NCBI GenBank assembly: GCA_964016885.1
Contig: OZ024744.1
Span: 60,264,001-60,328,000, forward strand
Length of the DNA stretch: 64,000 nt
DNA from: Eledone cirrhosa
Taxonomy: Eukaryota
Reading direction: 5' to 3'
Shown: positions 11,850 to 25,993 of the stretch, in pieces
Position numbering within the stretch: the first letter of the stretch is position 1
How the letters are laid out: the number at the start of each line of letters is the position of its first letter
The notes under the pieces: model-generated
The model's database searches: none
The model's input: the letters and a program-made list of their open reading frames with translations, nothing else
Told to the model about the DNA's origin: nothing
Position numbers and translations under genes: made by a program

Positions 11850-12830
11850 CAACCAGGCAGTTCTTCAACAGATGCCCACTGGAACCGGCATCCAAGGACT
11901 CCAGGCACCTCATTGTGAAGCTTGACATGAGGAATGCCTTCAACTGCTTATGCCGGGACCATCTGCTCGAAGACTGCCTCAGCCAAGCCCCCTCTGCCTA
12001 CCCGCTGGCCTACCTGCCGTATGGAGCCCCGGGTGTGCTCCTTGCTGCTGATACGGTCATACCTTAGGCCACTGGGGTCCAACAGGGCGACCCTTTTGAA
12101 ACGCCTCCTGTTTGCCCTTGGTATAGACCACGTCGCCCGGAGTATCACAGCCCCTCTCAATGTTTGGTATCTGGATGATGCTATGTTGGGCGGGCCCGTA
12201 TAGACTGTCTGCCATGACCTACAATCGGTGGTTCCTGCTCTGGCGGCAATCGGCCTCCAGGTCAACTCGGCCAAGTCGGAGGTGGTGAATGTCAGCCTCG
12301 ATGCTGAGAGTTTTGCAGCCTCCGTCTCGAACGTGCGGTCCATTCTCCACCAGGTTCAGGTGACCTCTAAAGAGGATGTCCTCATCCTCGGGTCACCAAT
12401 CCACCCGCCGGCCATCCGCTCCACCATCAGGTCCAGGCTTCAACAACTCCAGACTCTCACGAGCCGACTGAGCTTGATCGACGGCCACCAAGCCCTCTTT
12501 CTGTTGAGGAACTGCTTCGCCATGCCGAAGCTCCTCTACACCCTTCGCAGCGCTCCGTGCTACACCCACACATCTCTCCTTGCTGACCTTGATACTTGTA
12601 TCCAAGAAGCAGCCGAGGAGATATGCAACGTCAAGTCTGACGGCATTGGATGGCAACAGGCCATTTTACCTGTCAGGTATGGTGGCCTTGGCCTCTGGTC
12701 CCCGATCTCACTGGCTTTGCCGGCGTATTTTTCGTTGGTAACCTTGTGCCGCATCCTCGTCAGCAGGGTTGTCCAAAACACAATAGAACCCACTACCAGC
12801 GTCCAAAACGCAACTACTAGCTTGTTTTGA
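11850..12830 (+). mobile_element. CRE-like (RLE-type) non-LTR retrotransposon RT fragment
   Basis: VKLDMRNAFN, GVQQGDP (frameshifted), WYLDDAMLGG, GLQVNSAKSE, LGSPI, PKLLYTLRS and LPVRYGGLG. Confidence 0.8.
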
Positions 12831-12979
12831 AAAAGGCGTGTTCAACTGCTGGACAGAAATGGTCATTTGTATTCATACATCGCCAATCCTACAGAGCTGG
12901 CGACTGACCAAGCACGACCAAATTATGCCACAGTGATAGAATAGTACTATCATGTCTCACTACACTTCTATATATGCTT

Positions 12980-14235
12980 AGGGTTAGACCATCTCACAGA
13001 TTTTCGTCATGTCTCCTATGCTTTGACGACTTAATCTTCAAGAGACTCGAGTGCTTGGTCAATGTCAAACTCTCTCTCCAGAGTTCCATGGTCAGGCTAC
13101 ATTGACCAAGCGATTGGGAAGCATTGGTCTATGTAAATGTTCATTCCTCTCTCTCCCTTGCTTCCTTTCCTCCACCCATGCTTGCTCCACCATGGTGGGT
13201 AACATCCTCTCCTTTCCATCAGAGAAGTGGATGAAACTCTTCTACAATAGAGAGAGCTGGGTTTCTCTGTTCCTGACAAGGTAGAGTATAAGCAGGGACA
13301 GAGAGTTTGGGACAACATATATTCGAAGGCTACCAATTATTCTCTCTTCAACCAGTCAGATCAGTTCTCAAGGTACCACTTACTGTCTGCTAACGGCAAC
13401 ATCAGTGGCCAACATCGGTAGCCTACTCAGCTTGGACAAGCTTTGTGTCTCCATTGCCTTCTGTACAGGACTGAAATGTCAGTGTGGTAGGCTCCTTGAC
13501 TTCACAAGCCTTCATGGTCTATCTTGCCATCTGAATGTCGGTCGCTTTACATGTCACACTGATCTAAACCTCATCATCAAGAAGGCTTTGGTTCAGGCAA
13601 ACATCCCTCAAATTTGGAACCAATGGGAAAAGCCTGACAGTCTGACCCTGTGTCCTTGGGTAAGAGGCAGGTGACTTATCTGGAACATCACAGTCAATTA
13701 CTCTTTTACTTCTTGCCACATCCTGGATGCTGCAGTTAAGGCAAGAGTTACAGCTTCCATAGCTGAACGGAACAAAATTCTGAAATACCAAGATAACCTT
13801 TTCCAGCCTGTGGCATTCAAGACATTTGGGGGAGTTTTGGGGGGAGGAGTTGAGCCACTGACTGCGAGGTTCTTGTCATCACTGGCGGCTCACCTAACCG
13901 AGGTAACTGGTGATGCTCATGAGGACACTTGGTTGTTCCAACGCATCAGTCTCACCATCACCCAAAGTAACAAGGCAAGCATGCTGGCTTGATTAAAAAA
14001 TTATTAGTGAGATTTTCCAGTACTCCTCTCGATATCGTTATCTTTTGTTCTGGCAACAGTTCGTTTGTCCACCCCTTTCACTTGCCTTTTGATGTATGTA
14101 GTCCAAGGTGTGTGTATTATCTGCTTGTGTGTGTTTTTTCTTTTTTTCCTTCTCCTTCTATTTTTTTCCTTCTCCTTTTCTTTTTTTTATTTGTAATATT
14201 ATTTATACAATTATGAATAAAAAAAATTACAAAAA
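12980..14235 (+). mobile_element. CRE-like retrotransposon 3' fragment (Zn knuckle + restriction-like endonuclease, T-rich 3' UTR, AATAAA/poly-A)
   Basis: CQCG…HGLSC…H, KPDSLTLCPWVRGR, and WLFQRISLTITQSN. Ends gaataaaaaaaa at ~14220. Confidence 0.75.
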
Positions 14236-15049
14236 CCAAAACTTCACATACTAATAATGAGATTGTGAAAGTCTAGAAATGTTGATTATGGGTTTAGAAG
14301 CATATTGTTCCAAACAAACTACAAAAGACTCATAAGGAAATAAGAAAAAAAAAGAAGAAAAAAGAGGTAAAACTGAAACAGTGGCAGACTGTAGTAGAAT
14401 GTAGCTGACTGTAGCAGACTGCCATATTAGTGGTAACATTTGACATTTCCACAAGATAGCTTGCTTAACTACCCACTCGATTGAGATGACGTTGTTGGTT
14501 CTTTGTTCATACCATAACACACATTTTGAAATCACATTAAGAACATGAAATTTGCAACTATCTTATCTTCAGCATTTTGAACTATACAAAAAGAAAATAC
14601 ATTTGAACATTTTCTGTCCATATCACATTTTTATAACCACACTTTACAAAACACTCTTGAGGTGTGTTACAAACTAAGCTGTTACATACACAGTGTTAAT
14701 TCCTTGTACTTTCAATTCTTGTGCATACGTATCACTAATATGCTGAGTTCTAACTTGGTTTGAAATCCTTCTTTGACTAAGCAGGTTAATAATAAACATT
14801 TGCTTCCTAACAGTGTAGTTCTAATGATGGATTACCTATTGGCAATAAAAAAAACAATACTTAGGAACCTCACTGAAAAATATACCAATCCTCACTGAAA
14901 ATGCATAGCATGTGTTTTGTATAAAACTGAAACAATTGTAAAATTATAGATTGATACAAATTTTTATTATCTTATTCTTTCAGAGAGAGAGTGTGTGTGT
15001 GCGTTTAACCAATAAAAAAAACTAGTAATTTTAAGTATAGAATGAGCAA

Positions 15050-16380
15050 CTTTGGTGGATTACCAAAAAATATACAAAAACCAACTAATTAATGAAGTGT
15101 ATGGAAGAGCAATAGCTAGTTGTGTTAATACCCCCCCCCCCCCCACACACACACACACAAAAAAAACTGATTTAAAATTGAGTTACATTGTACCAGGCTC
15201 GATATACAAGACGCAACACTTAAGTAATTTTCTAGACATCTTGCTGAAACCTTTCCTTAAACAGACACAGAGCTTTATAAGAGATGATCTTGACAAACTC
15301 AACCATCTCCAAATATAGTAAATGAAAATATTAATATTGCTTTGTTTGAAGTTGTAAACTTACATAATAACATTCCTGACATTTTTGAAACTATCAAATA
15401 CTGGTTAGCCTCATCTACTTATGAACTACCAGACTTTATAGGATTGTATTGTATAGATAGAGTTCTGTTTATTTTAGAAAATAATGAGTTTCATGTTTGA
15501 TGAAACAGTCTAATAGCAGAAGTTAGATGCAGCAATGGGAATTAAAGTTGCACTAGCACATTCTAACCTAGTTATAGGATATTATGAACTAAAACTCTCT
15601 GAACAATGTTTGGAAATAGATTCATGCACACATGAAACTTAAGTCCATTAGCAATGAAAATAGCGAATATCTTAGGAAACGGCTCCCCACATTAAATCAT
15701 CTATGAGAATTTCAGTTTCAGTAAACAGGAAGGTCAACAGAACAAAAATAACTCTTGAGTGCTTTTATTAAAGGAAAGTATGTATATAAAGGAACTTTAC
15801 CATCTGGTATGGTAAATATTTCTAATTTCTAAATTTATGAGCATGATGACAGTACAGACAGTGGCAATGTTCCTGGAATAGCTCTGGTAGCCTGGTCATC
15901 CCTCAGGTAGCCAGTCAAGGCATCAAATTTATAGAAATCTATATTTACTTTGTAAATGAGCACGAAGATAGCTTTAAATATCTTGCCATCTAGAATCAAA
16001 AAGCTTGCGTGGAGCTACAAGCAAGCAAGGACCATGGATTTTATCATGATGCAATTTACTAGACCAAAGGACAACACATCTCTCAATAGAATCTGGGAAT
16101 AAGAAGGATAGAAATCAAAGAGTAGAAAGTCATGAGATAACTCCTACAATAAGAAATATGTTCAGCCCAGGTGACAATGATGTCAGAAAGAATAACAACA
16201 CAAAATACACTAAGGACAAACATATACTATCCAAAAATAGAACTAGATTAAGAAATGCTACGTATTATAGCCCTCCATTCAGAATCAAGATATTGTCCAA
16301 CATACCCAAACTATTCTTTGATATCATGGAAGACATAATTCCAACAAATTAACCTTTTTCTACATGCCTATAATTGTCTT
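15050..16380 (+). mobile_element. Decayed Penelope-like RT and C-terminal fragments
   Basis: HLSNFLDILLKPFLKQTQSFIRDD, AMGIKVA…NLVIGY and YYSPPFRIKILSNIPKLFFDIM resemble PLE motifs. The region is heavily disrupted. Confidence 0.55.
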
Positions 16381-16429
16381 TCATAACGTACCAAAACCAA
16401 ACACACAGACACAGAAAGATACAGACATG

Positions 16430-19176
16430 CTTTTCACTATGAACGGGTCAACCACACAACATCAATGAACAACATCAATTCAAAGACATCATTGTACAGG
16501 AAAGATCTGGCCAATTACGAAGAATTGCAGAGACACAAAGCGCATACAACGCTCTTCAGTATCCTTTGATTTTTTGGAGAGGTCAAGACAAGTAAACCCC
16601 AGTACAGGCGAGGAAACTAATAAATCGGTCAGTTGCAAAAAGTTTTATTCATTTCACTTCATGGTAAGAGATTGCTTTAACCATATCCTAAGAATGGGAA
16701 GACTTACAAGCCAATTAATGATTGATGTTTATGCCAAGATTGAAGCTGAATGATTGACATTCATTAAAAACAACCAAGTTAAACTTAGAGCAGAATAATA
16801 CATCCATTTGAGAGATGCCATTGTAATTGATGGAATGAATCCTTCCTGTGTTGGTCAGCTAGTCATTCTGCCATCTAGCTTCACATGTAATCCACACTAT
16901 ATGGCTGAGTGCACAGAAGATGCCATGGCATATGTCAAGAAATTTGGTTGTCCAGATCTTTTCATTACGTTTACATGCAATCCTATGTGGCCAGAAATTC
17001 AAAATGAACTATTTGAACACCAATATGCAAAAGTTAGACATATCATTGCCAGAGTTTTTAGTGAGAAACAGAAGATCTTGATGTGGCTGCTAAAAGATGG
17101 ACAAATCTTTGGTGAACTAAGATGATGGCTTTACACTATTGAAATGCATAAAAGAGGTCTTCTTCATTCCCATACGTTAATTTGGTGTTCAGACAACATT
17201 CACTGAGATCAAATTGATAAAATCATAAGCACCAAATTGCCCGATCCTGATGAAAACCCAGAACTATTTGCCATTATCTCAAAACAAATGATACATGGTC
17301 CATGTGGCAGTATCAACCTTAAGTATGTGTGCATGGGAAGTAACAAATGTGAAAAAAGATATCCAAGGCGTTTTCAACAAGAAACCATAACTGGAGATGA
17401 CGAATATCCTCAATACAGACGGAGAAGCCCTCACTGTGGTGGAAAAACTGTGATTATCAAGATACGAGGTCAAGACGTTCAGGTTGGTAACAATTGGGAC
17501 GTTCCCTACAATCCTCTCCTCTGCAAAATTCTTGATGGTCACATCACTTGTGAGTACAGTGCATCAGTAAAATCAATTAAATATGGTTGTAAATATGTCA
17601 ACAAAAATAGTGATATGGCAACTTTTACTATTGGTGGTGATAACCAATTGAATGAAGTTAAACCATACCTAACAGGGAGATATATTTCTAGCAATGAAGC
17701 CATATGGAGAATCTTTGGTTTTGACATACACAATAGACACCCAGCGGTAGTGAATCTTGCAGTCAACTTAGAAAATGGTCAGAGAGTATATTACACTGCA
17801 GAAAATGCACAATTGATTACTGCGTCTCCTCCAGACAACTGCTTTTTTAAAGCTTTGTGGAGAAAATGCCTTTGCTAAAACCTTGCTTTATCATAGGATT
17901 CCCACATTCTATGCATGGAATAAAAAGAAATGGAGCAGATGAAAGATAGGCAATCATGTGGATGGCTATCAAGACATCAAAGCAAGTGATGTTTCCATTT
18001 GAGGTTACTCTTTCACACTGTTAGAGGGCCAACATCATTTGTAGAGTCTCCTTCGTGCAATATCAAAAAGAATACACCAAAAGCAAAGCTTTTAGAGAAA
18101 TGCTCCGTGATCATATGGGATGAGGCCACAATGGCACATAGAATGTTATTTGAGGCTCTGGACCATTCTTTAAGAGACATTAGAGGATGTAATGAAATCA
18201 TAGGAGGAGTAACGATGGTGCTTGCTGGTGACTTCAGACAGATTTTCCCCGTCATTTCTAAAGGCACGAGAGCTGATATTGTAAACGCTTGCCTCAAAGT
18301 CTCAAGTATATGACAACAAGTCCAGCGATCACCCTTGAGGACAAACATGAGAGTGCAATTATACAATGATGCAGAAATTTATACTTTTGTAAAACAGCTA
18401 ATTAAACCAGGTGATGGTAATCTGCAACAAGATGAAAATGGAGAAGTCAGCCTTCCATTTGGAAATGTCTGTAATACAACAAATGAACTAATTGATCAAA
18501 TATTTCCAAATGTTGCCTCAAAATTATATGAATCAATCATGGCTGTTTGAGCGAGCAATTTTAACGCCAAAAAATAATATGGTAAATTAGATCAACCAAT
18601 GCCTACTGGATACGCTCCCAGGGAAGGTTCATACATATGTCTCCATTGACAAGATTGAAAAGGATGACGAAGCTGTTAATTATCCTGCAGAGTTCCTTAA
18701 GAGTCTGGAGCTTATGGGATCCCTCCTAACACTAACGATTGGAACTCCCATCATCCTTTTGAGAAACCTGGACCCACCACATCTATGCAATGGCACATGC
18801 TTAACAGTGAGGCGGATGATGAAACATCTCCTAAAGGTCACTATTCTTGGAGGCAATCATCAAGGCGAAAGTGCATTTATTCTAAAGATTCCTCTTATCC
18901 CTTCCTCTACTGAGCTACCATTCAAATTCTCAAGACTTCAGTTCCCTATTAGAGCCAGTTTTGCTATGACCATACATAAAGCTCAGGCTCAGAGTTTCAA
19001 AGTTGTAGGATTGAATCTGAGAGAATCAGTTTTTACTCATGTAGGTTGTTCTTGAGTGGAAACACCTAGAAATCTTTATATACTATGCACAAACGGTAAA
19101 ACAAAGAAAGAATCTGGTGTATCTTTAATTTTGTTGACTTTGTCACACACACACACGCACACACATACACACACAC

Positions 19177-19261
<85 letters not shown>

Positions 19262-19379
19262 ACACCATGGTCTCACCTCGTACTGTAAACAACACAACAC
19301 ATCCAATACAGTCATTTTCTCTTCTACCTGTCTTCTCTTATCAACTGTTCACCCAGGTGAAGCCAGGTACCTCAACTAG
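16430..19379 (+). mobile_element. Decayed Helitron (Rep HUH endonuclease + Pif1-like helicase) with 3' terminus
   Basis: ILPSSF…YM…DAMAYV…PDLFITFTCNP, YTIE.HKRGLLHSH, MIHGPCG, KSIKY, IIWDEATMAH, GDFRQIFPV, LRNLDPPHLCNGT and FAMTIHKAQ. A hairpin-like ccaggtgaagccagg precedes CTAG at 19376-19379. Confidence 0.88.
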
Positions 19380-20188
19380 ACTTAAGTAACCATTATAATT
19401 CACAAATGGTTGTGTGAAAGGGAAATTGTTTCTCCAAACAATGACACAGTTGCAAGGATTAACCATGAGCTAATGAATAAGATTCAAACAGTAATTAAGG
19501 AGTAGAAATAAGTTGATTCAGTCCTTGATGAAAATCATGATGTCCACTACCCAATAGAGTTCTTTCATTCTCTTGAGCCACATGGAACTCCTCCACATAA
19601 ACTTTTCCTGAAGGTTGGTATCCCAATAATACTTTAAGAAATTTAGATCCTCCTAAATTATGCAATGGGACAAGGTTGATTGTGAAGACATTATCACCTA
19701 ATGTGATAGAAGCTACTATCAGCTTGAAAAGATGTTTTCATTCCAAGAATTCCAATCAAACCAACAGGCATGCCATTCAAGTTCAAACGAACACAATTCA
19801 CAGTGCGACGTTGTTTTGCAATTTTTCACAATAAATCTCATGGTCAGACTTTGAAATCTACTTAAGTGAGCCTTGCTTTTCTCATTGTCAACTTTGTTGG
19901 TTGCTCCAGGGTGGGTAGTATACAAGACTTATTTGTGTATGCTCCAAACCAGAAAAGGAGCTCTTACGTAATTTCCTTCAACATATGTCTCCTCATAAAA
20001 GTGATAAATTTTGTATTTTCATTTTTTATTATTTTTTTGTATTATGAATTCAGAATTGATTCCATCATGTACCTCAATTGGAGAATAAATGGAATTTAGA
20101 ATAACAAATTTCTATACAACACGTTTTGCTTTCTTCTAATATATAAGGAAAACTTTCATTCCTGGGCAACGCCAGGTGCCTCTGCTAG
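19380..20188 (+). mobile_element. Second Helitron 3' fragment (helicase C-terminus and terminal hairpin)
   Basis: YPIEFFHSLEPHGTPPHKLFLKVG and RNLDPPKLCNGTRLIV. The hairpin CCTGG-GCAACG-CCAGG (20161-20176) is followed by CTAG|T at 20185-20188. Confidence 0.82.
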
Positions 20189-20499
20189 TATCAATATAAA
20201 TCCAAGGAATATTGAAATTTTTAATAATATTCATAAGAATCTACTTATATTGTAAAATGATAAAAAAAATTGAAAAAAATCTTGGTGAATCAACAAATTA
20301 TAAAGACCAAACACCACAAAAACATTTTTAAAATTTTCTCACTAGTGCAAAACTTCAAACAAATTCCCAATCCACAACAAAATGAGTAGATCTAATTACA
20401 GAATTTGTGAATATATGCTGGAAATTTTGGAATTCAGATTCAAAGACAAACTTTTAAACTTGAAAATAGTCTAAACTTAAAAATAGTTTCACATGGCAA

Positions 20500-21085
20500 G
20501 ATCCTCGACTCCATAGGTTTCCATGGTCTATCTTGCTGCCTGAAGGCTTGTCGCTTCGCGTGTCACACGGAGCTAAACCTCATCAACAAGAGAGCTTTGG
20601 CCAAGGCAAACATCCCTTCAATTTTGGAACCATCTGGGTTGCCCAGGCTTGATGTGAAAAGACCTGATGGTCTTACCCTGTGTCCCTGGTTTAGATGCAG
20701 GTGTCTTATTAGGGACGTCACAGTTAGTGACTCTTTTGCTTCTTCCCACATCCTAGATGCTATGGTTAGGATAAGAGCTACAGATCTGCTGACTGTGAGG
20801 TTCTTATCTTCACCAGCGGCTCGCCTAACAGAGATAATTTGTGAAGCTCGTGAGAGTGCTTGGTTGTTCCAGCGCATCAGCCTTACCATCACCAGAGGTA
20901 ACGCGGCAAGTGTGGTGGCTTGCCTAAAAAATTATTAGAGAGGTTTCCCAGTGTTCCTCACAAAACTGTTATCTTTTATTCTGGTAGCAGTTCATTTGCC
21001 CATCTCTTTTGTTGTACTTGGTCCTGGATGTATGTATTACCTGCTTTGTATAAATGTGTTTGCGTTTTTGTTCTGTAACCATTAT
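20500..21085 (+). mobile_element. CRE-like retrotransposon 3' fragment (RLE domain), homologous to 13490-14230
   Basis: EPSGLPRLDVKRPDGLTLCPW…DVTVSD…WLFQRISLTITRGNAASV, with a shared 3' UTR. Confidence 0.78.
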
Positions 21086-21098
21086 ATTATATTTTTTA

Positions 21099-21290
21099 TG
21101 GTGGATTGGCAGTATCGGTAGAGGGTCTGATGCCATGCTTTGACGCATAGAGTTACGGCCCTTGCCATTCTGAGTTCAAATCCCGCCGTGGTTAACTTTG
21201 CCTTTCATCCGTGCAGGGTCGATAAAATAAAGTACCAGTAATACACTGGGTAATTGCTGGGCTTGTGCCAAAAGTAGAAACAATTATATT
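21099..21290 (+). mobile_element. Nin/Deu-domain-type tRNA-derived SINE
   Basis: Head ggtggattggcagtatcggtagag, B-box-like gagttcaaatccc, core ttaactttgcctttcatcc, tail gtagaaacaatta. Confidence 0.85.
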
Positions 21291-21615
21291 ACCTTTTTTA
21301 TAAAACTGAATGAAAAGTTTTCCAGATTTACTCCCCCATTTCACATGTACTCTCATCCATGTTTTAACATCCATGTTTTAACATGCTGCATATAAGGGGC
21401 AAATTAGATTGCAATAACAAGCAAAAATCTATAAAAACTGATGACTGTCTACCGACAACAAAAACAAGATATAAATACAAGAAAGATTCCGAGTGGACAT
21501 ATAGAAAAATGCCCAGAGAGAAATTTCCCCAGGTTCAGAATTGATCCAATTTATCAATATTTAGGAATAATATTCTGCCAAAAGCCATGTACCAAGTAAA
21601 ATGACTATCCTAACA

Positions 21616-22738
21616 TCTATATAATATTATAAATCTGAGTGTCGTGTGTATGTATTATGTATGTATCCTACACACCTCTCTATAGTTTCTTAGCTTTACT
21701 CTCTCCGTCGCTCTTACCTCTCTCTATAATAGATCATTCCTCCTCTCTATAATTTAACTGCTTTACTCTCTCTGTCGCTCTTCACTCTCAAATATTATAA
21801 AGTTGAGCGCCATCTCTCTCTCTCACTCCCTCTTTCACCCTCTCTATAATTTAACTGCGTTACTCTCTGTCTCTCTTCACTCTCTATATGACAACACTCT
21901 TTTACTTTCCATATCTACCTTCAATATATCAACATAGAGATGAGCGACGTATGTAAATTCAGTCAACACATATGTATCCTACACACCTCCCTATAGTTTC
22001 TTAGCTTTACTCTCTCCGTCGCTCTTACTTCTCTCTATAATAGATCATTCCCCCTCTCTATAATTTAACTGCTTTACTCCCTCTGTCGCTCTTCACTCTC
22101 AAATATTATAAAGCTGAGCGTCGTCTCTCTCTCTCCCTCTTTCCCCCTCTCTATAATTTAACTGCTTTACTCTCTGTCTCTCTTCACTCTCTATATGACA
22201 ACAATCTTTTACTTTCCGTATCTACCTTCAATATATCAACATGGAGATGAGCGTTGTATGTATGTTTATTTCAAAACGATAACCTCCTTCAAATTCGGTC
22301 AACACACAAGCAGGTAATACATACATCAAAATGCAACCCTCTTAGAGGGACAGAGAGTGAAAGAGACAGATTAGGAAAACTACACACACACACACACATC
22401 TAAAGAGAGAGAGGAGAGGAGAGGAGAGGAGAGGAGAGAGAGAGAGACAGGGAAAGAGAAACAGAGAGACGGGCAAGCNNNNNNNNNNNNNNNNNNNNNN
22501 NNNNNNNNNNNNNNNNNNNNNNNNNNNNNNNNNNNNNNNNNNNNNNNNNNNNNNNNNNNNNNNNNNNNNNNNNNNNNNNNNNNNNNNNNNNNNNNNNNNN
22601 NNNNNNNNNNNNNNNNNNNNNNNNNNNNNNNNNNNNNNNNNNNNNNNNNNNNNNNNNNNNNNNNNNNNNNNNNNNNNNAACAAAACACAGATACACATGC
22701 ACAAACATACATACACAAACACACACATATCTATACTT

Positions 22739-22795
<57 letters not shown>

Positions 22796-23027
22796 GATCA
22801 TTCCCCCTCTCTATAATTTAACTGCTTTACTCTTTCCTTGTCGCTCTTCACTCTCTATATGACAACACTGTTTTAGTTTTCATATCTCCCCTCAATATAT
22901 ACACATAGGGAGAGAGAGAGAGAGAGAGTCGGAAGGACAATGTGACACGGAGGGTGTGTGGTATCTTTGCAGTGGAGTGGTGGGGGCAGGTATACCTAGC
23001 CAGACTCCAGCTGGATGGGCCAGCTAG
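21616..23027 (+). mobile_element. Non-autonomous Helitron with an internal ~310-bp tandem duplication, spanning the assembly gap
   Basis: Starts A|TCTATATAATATTATAAATCTGAGTG and ends with the ccagactccagctgg hairpin plus CTAG|T (23024-23027). Units 21660-21970 and 21972-22300 are near-identical, with a partial copy at ~22795-22900. Confidence 0.65.
22479..22678. other. Assembly gap (200 N)
   Basis: Run of N bases. Confidence 0.99.
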
Positions 23028-23399
23028 TTATACTATAAAGTCAAAGATCAAATGACATTTATTTTCAGTAAAAACCTATGAATAGTGAAACGTAAAAAAC
23101 GGTTAAAGCTTTTACTGTTTGATGATAAACGTTAATTGATATAATTAATAGTATTATAATATATGTAAGATTTAACATTTAATACTGTTATAAACTAGAT
23201 ATTATTAGATTGCTATTTTTTGTGCATTTTTGTTTTATTTTATGTGTGTGCAATTATATCATCGTTGTCATCATCATCATACTCACAATTTATACTCGTG
23301 TTAATATCCAACTATGCTATCCTAGCATGCATGTTGATGATAAATAAACAGACTCAGTTTGCAGTTTTGTTAATGTTCAATAATTTATTTGAACAAAAT

Positions 23400-25060
23400 G
23401 TGTTGCCGTTTCGCAACCTCCAGCCCTAGCTCCACCACCTTCTGGCATGTATGACTGACACCAGGTACCATCCACTTCCTCATGCATATGGCATCATAAT
23501 CCCAATCACCCAAAACCTCATCATCACTTTCTCTTCCCCAGCTGCTCCCTCCATCCATATGCGAAATGAAGATTCACTAAGAGTACCTTAATATGCATGA
23601 ATAGTGGCCCATGACTCTTCAGAACAGTCACGGGGCGAACAGAGGTTTCATAAACCAAAGTGTAGGCAACCCATCTAGGAGAGCAATCACTCCAAATAAA
23701 TTGGTGCAGGATGGGGAAGACTTCTAAGCCCAGTAAGACAACTTCCCTGGTGTTAGTGGCATGAATAAAACCACCCAGTTCATGCTGTAAAATGGAGGTG
23801 ATGGAAGTGGTGTTCAGCCATTATAACCACAACAAAGTTATGGGGTAGAGAGGCGCCCTAAGGTCAGAAAGACAACCTCTCTAGAGCTGGGGGCACGAAT
23901 AAAAGCCCCCAATCCATGCTGTAAAGTGGTGCTGGTGATAGGAAGGGCATCCAACTAGTATATTATTGATGCCAAATTATGATGAGCACAAAATACAGAT
24001 ATAACGGTAAGTGCATAAACAGTAATAACATTAACCATGTTATGGCTGCACACAGTAATGGGGTGGCTCATGCAACCATGTGTGAGAACCCTCCTCACTG
24101 TCATCAAGCAATCGCACAATAATAATTGTTTCTACTTTAGGCACAAGGCCAGCAATTACTCAGTACATTACTGGTACTTTATTTTATCTACCCTGTAAGG
24201 ATGAAAGGCAAAATCAACCTCGGCGAGATTTGAACTCAGATCGTAAAGGGACGTAACTATGGTGGAAAGCATGGCGTCCGACCCTCTACCGATACTGCCA
24301 ATCCAATCGCACAATAATAATGATGATTTTACGTATTTTTCCTTGTAAACAAAAAGTAAAAATCAACAAACAATGACAGATCTCAGGATTGCCAAGCTTA
24401 ATGTTGGCACTCTGAGAGGTAGATCTGGTGAGATAGTGGAGATGCTAGTGAGAAGACGTGGATTTGTGCTGCGTGCAAGAGGTGAAATGGAGAGGTGCGC
24501 CACAAGGCTAATTGCAGGCAAACATTTTAGCTATAAGCTTTTCTGAGATTAATTGTAGGCAATAGGTTGCCTACAATTATCTCTACCTATGCTCCCCAAG
24601 TGGGCCTAGGTAAAGAAGAGAAGGACCGCTTTTATGAGTGACTTCTATAAACAAACATAGTGGCAGAGGACAGAGACCTAGGCATACTAGCAAGTGACTT
24701 CAATGGTCATGTTGGACAGCTCCACTGGGGTACATGGTGGTCATGATTATGGCTCCAGAAACAAAAAAAGAGTAAGGCTTCTTGAATGTTGTGATGCAAG
24801 TGAACTAACCATTTGCAACACTAACTTCAGGAAACCTGCTAATCACCTAATGACGTACCAATCAGGTGTATACCTGACATCTAGAGGAGCACTTGCACAA
24901 CACGCTCCTGGAGTTGAGGGTTGTTCTATCGACGGGGTATTAAACAACCCATTTGACAGTAGAAGTCGCATTGATAGACACATTTTTCAAATACACATGA
25001 GTTCTATAGAAGTTTGTTAATAGCTTCCGGTACCAAGGTGATCAGATTAGCATGGGAGAG
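23400..25060 (+). mobile_element. Decayed RTE LINE 5' region (5' UTR repeats, APE fragments, short RT piece), interrupted by a SINE
   Basis: Homologous to 32830-34000, with ggcaacccatctaggagagc, ggaagggcatcc, [17 protein letters not shown] and ICNTNFRKPANH. Confidence 0.78.
24127..24304 (-). mobile_element. Nin/Deu-type SINE with ~17-bp TSD, inserted in an RTE
   Basis: aatcgcacaataataat lies on both sides (~24110-24126 and ~24305-24321). Confidence 0.87.
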
Positions 25061-25683
25061 GGCCTTCTCTGTTTATAAGCCTGTAGGTTGAAGAAGAGAT
25101 AAAAGGAAGAAAGGAGCACTTGCACAACACGCTCCTGGAGTTGAGGGTTGTTCTATCGATGGGGTATTAAACAACCCATTTGTGGTGCCTCCCCCCTATT
25201 GGGGATTTCGATTGTTGTAATTGTTTGTTTTTATATTTTTTACACGACTGTATGTAAAATCCCCGGCATGTCTTTGTATTGTCCCCTTTTCTGGTGTGCC
25301 CTTGTGTCTAATAAAGAAATATATCTATCAGGATGGAGAGAGAGGTGCTGTACCCCAGCAAGTTTATGAAAGGTGGGTGAAAGTGGCGAGAATGGCCCGA
25401 GTGAATGGGCCTTCTCTCTATATCAGCCTGTAGGTTGAGGAAAAAGAGCAAGAGAGGAAAGGGGTACAAACTCTTCGTACTCCTGGAGATGAGGGTTGCA
25501 CATTTTTTCGGGGGTATGTGTTACCCATATGTAATGTCTCCCCCTATTGGGGAAAATTGATTAATTTTTAAATTGCATTTGTGATAGTATTTTACACGTT
25601 TTTATTGTATGTAAACTTCCTCCTTTGTATTTGTCCCTTTCTTTTGTGCCCCTGTGGCTAATAAAGAAACATATCTATCTATC
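25060..25683 (+). mobile_element. Two tandem 3' ends of another LINE (Tx1/L1-like, tentative)
   Basis: Two related ~270-bp units begin gggccttctct and end ctaataaagaaa(t/c)atatctatc. The second is preceded by the coding remnant ERWVKVARMARVNG. Confidence 0.5.
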
Positions 25684-25993
25684 AGCTGGATGTGTCTACA
25701 GCTCACTGGTGAGTTTTGCTTAATTTTCGTAAGAAAATCGTGAGTTTGAGAATTCAAATTTATATTGCGTTGTAGAATAGGCTAGCCAACTCTAGCTTGA
25801 GATATTTAGCCTTTGAATATTTTCAGCCCTTCGGGGTGAAAAAAGTGTTCAAATATTTTGAAAATCTCATTGACTATTGTTTCAAAAGAAAAAAAACAAC
25901 AAAAATAATGATGGAAGCAGGAATGCTCTAGCTGCCACTATCTCTATCTGAGATGAGAGACTACTTTGTTCTTGTCACAGTTTTCAACCACTG

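Noticed and set aside
14430-14600. Possible Tc1/mariner transposase C-terminal remnant
   Set aside because: The similarity is too faint, and I found no TIR or DDE motif.
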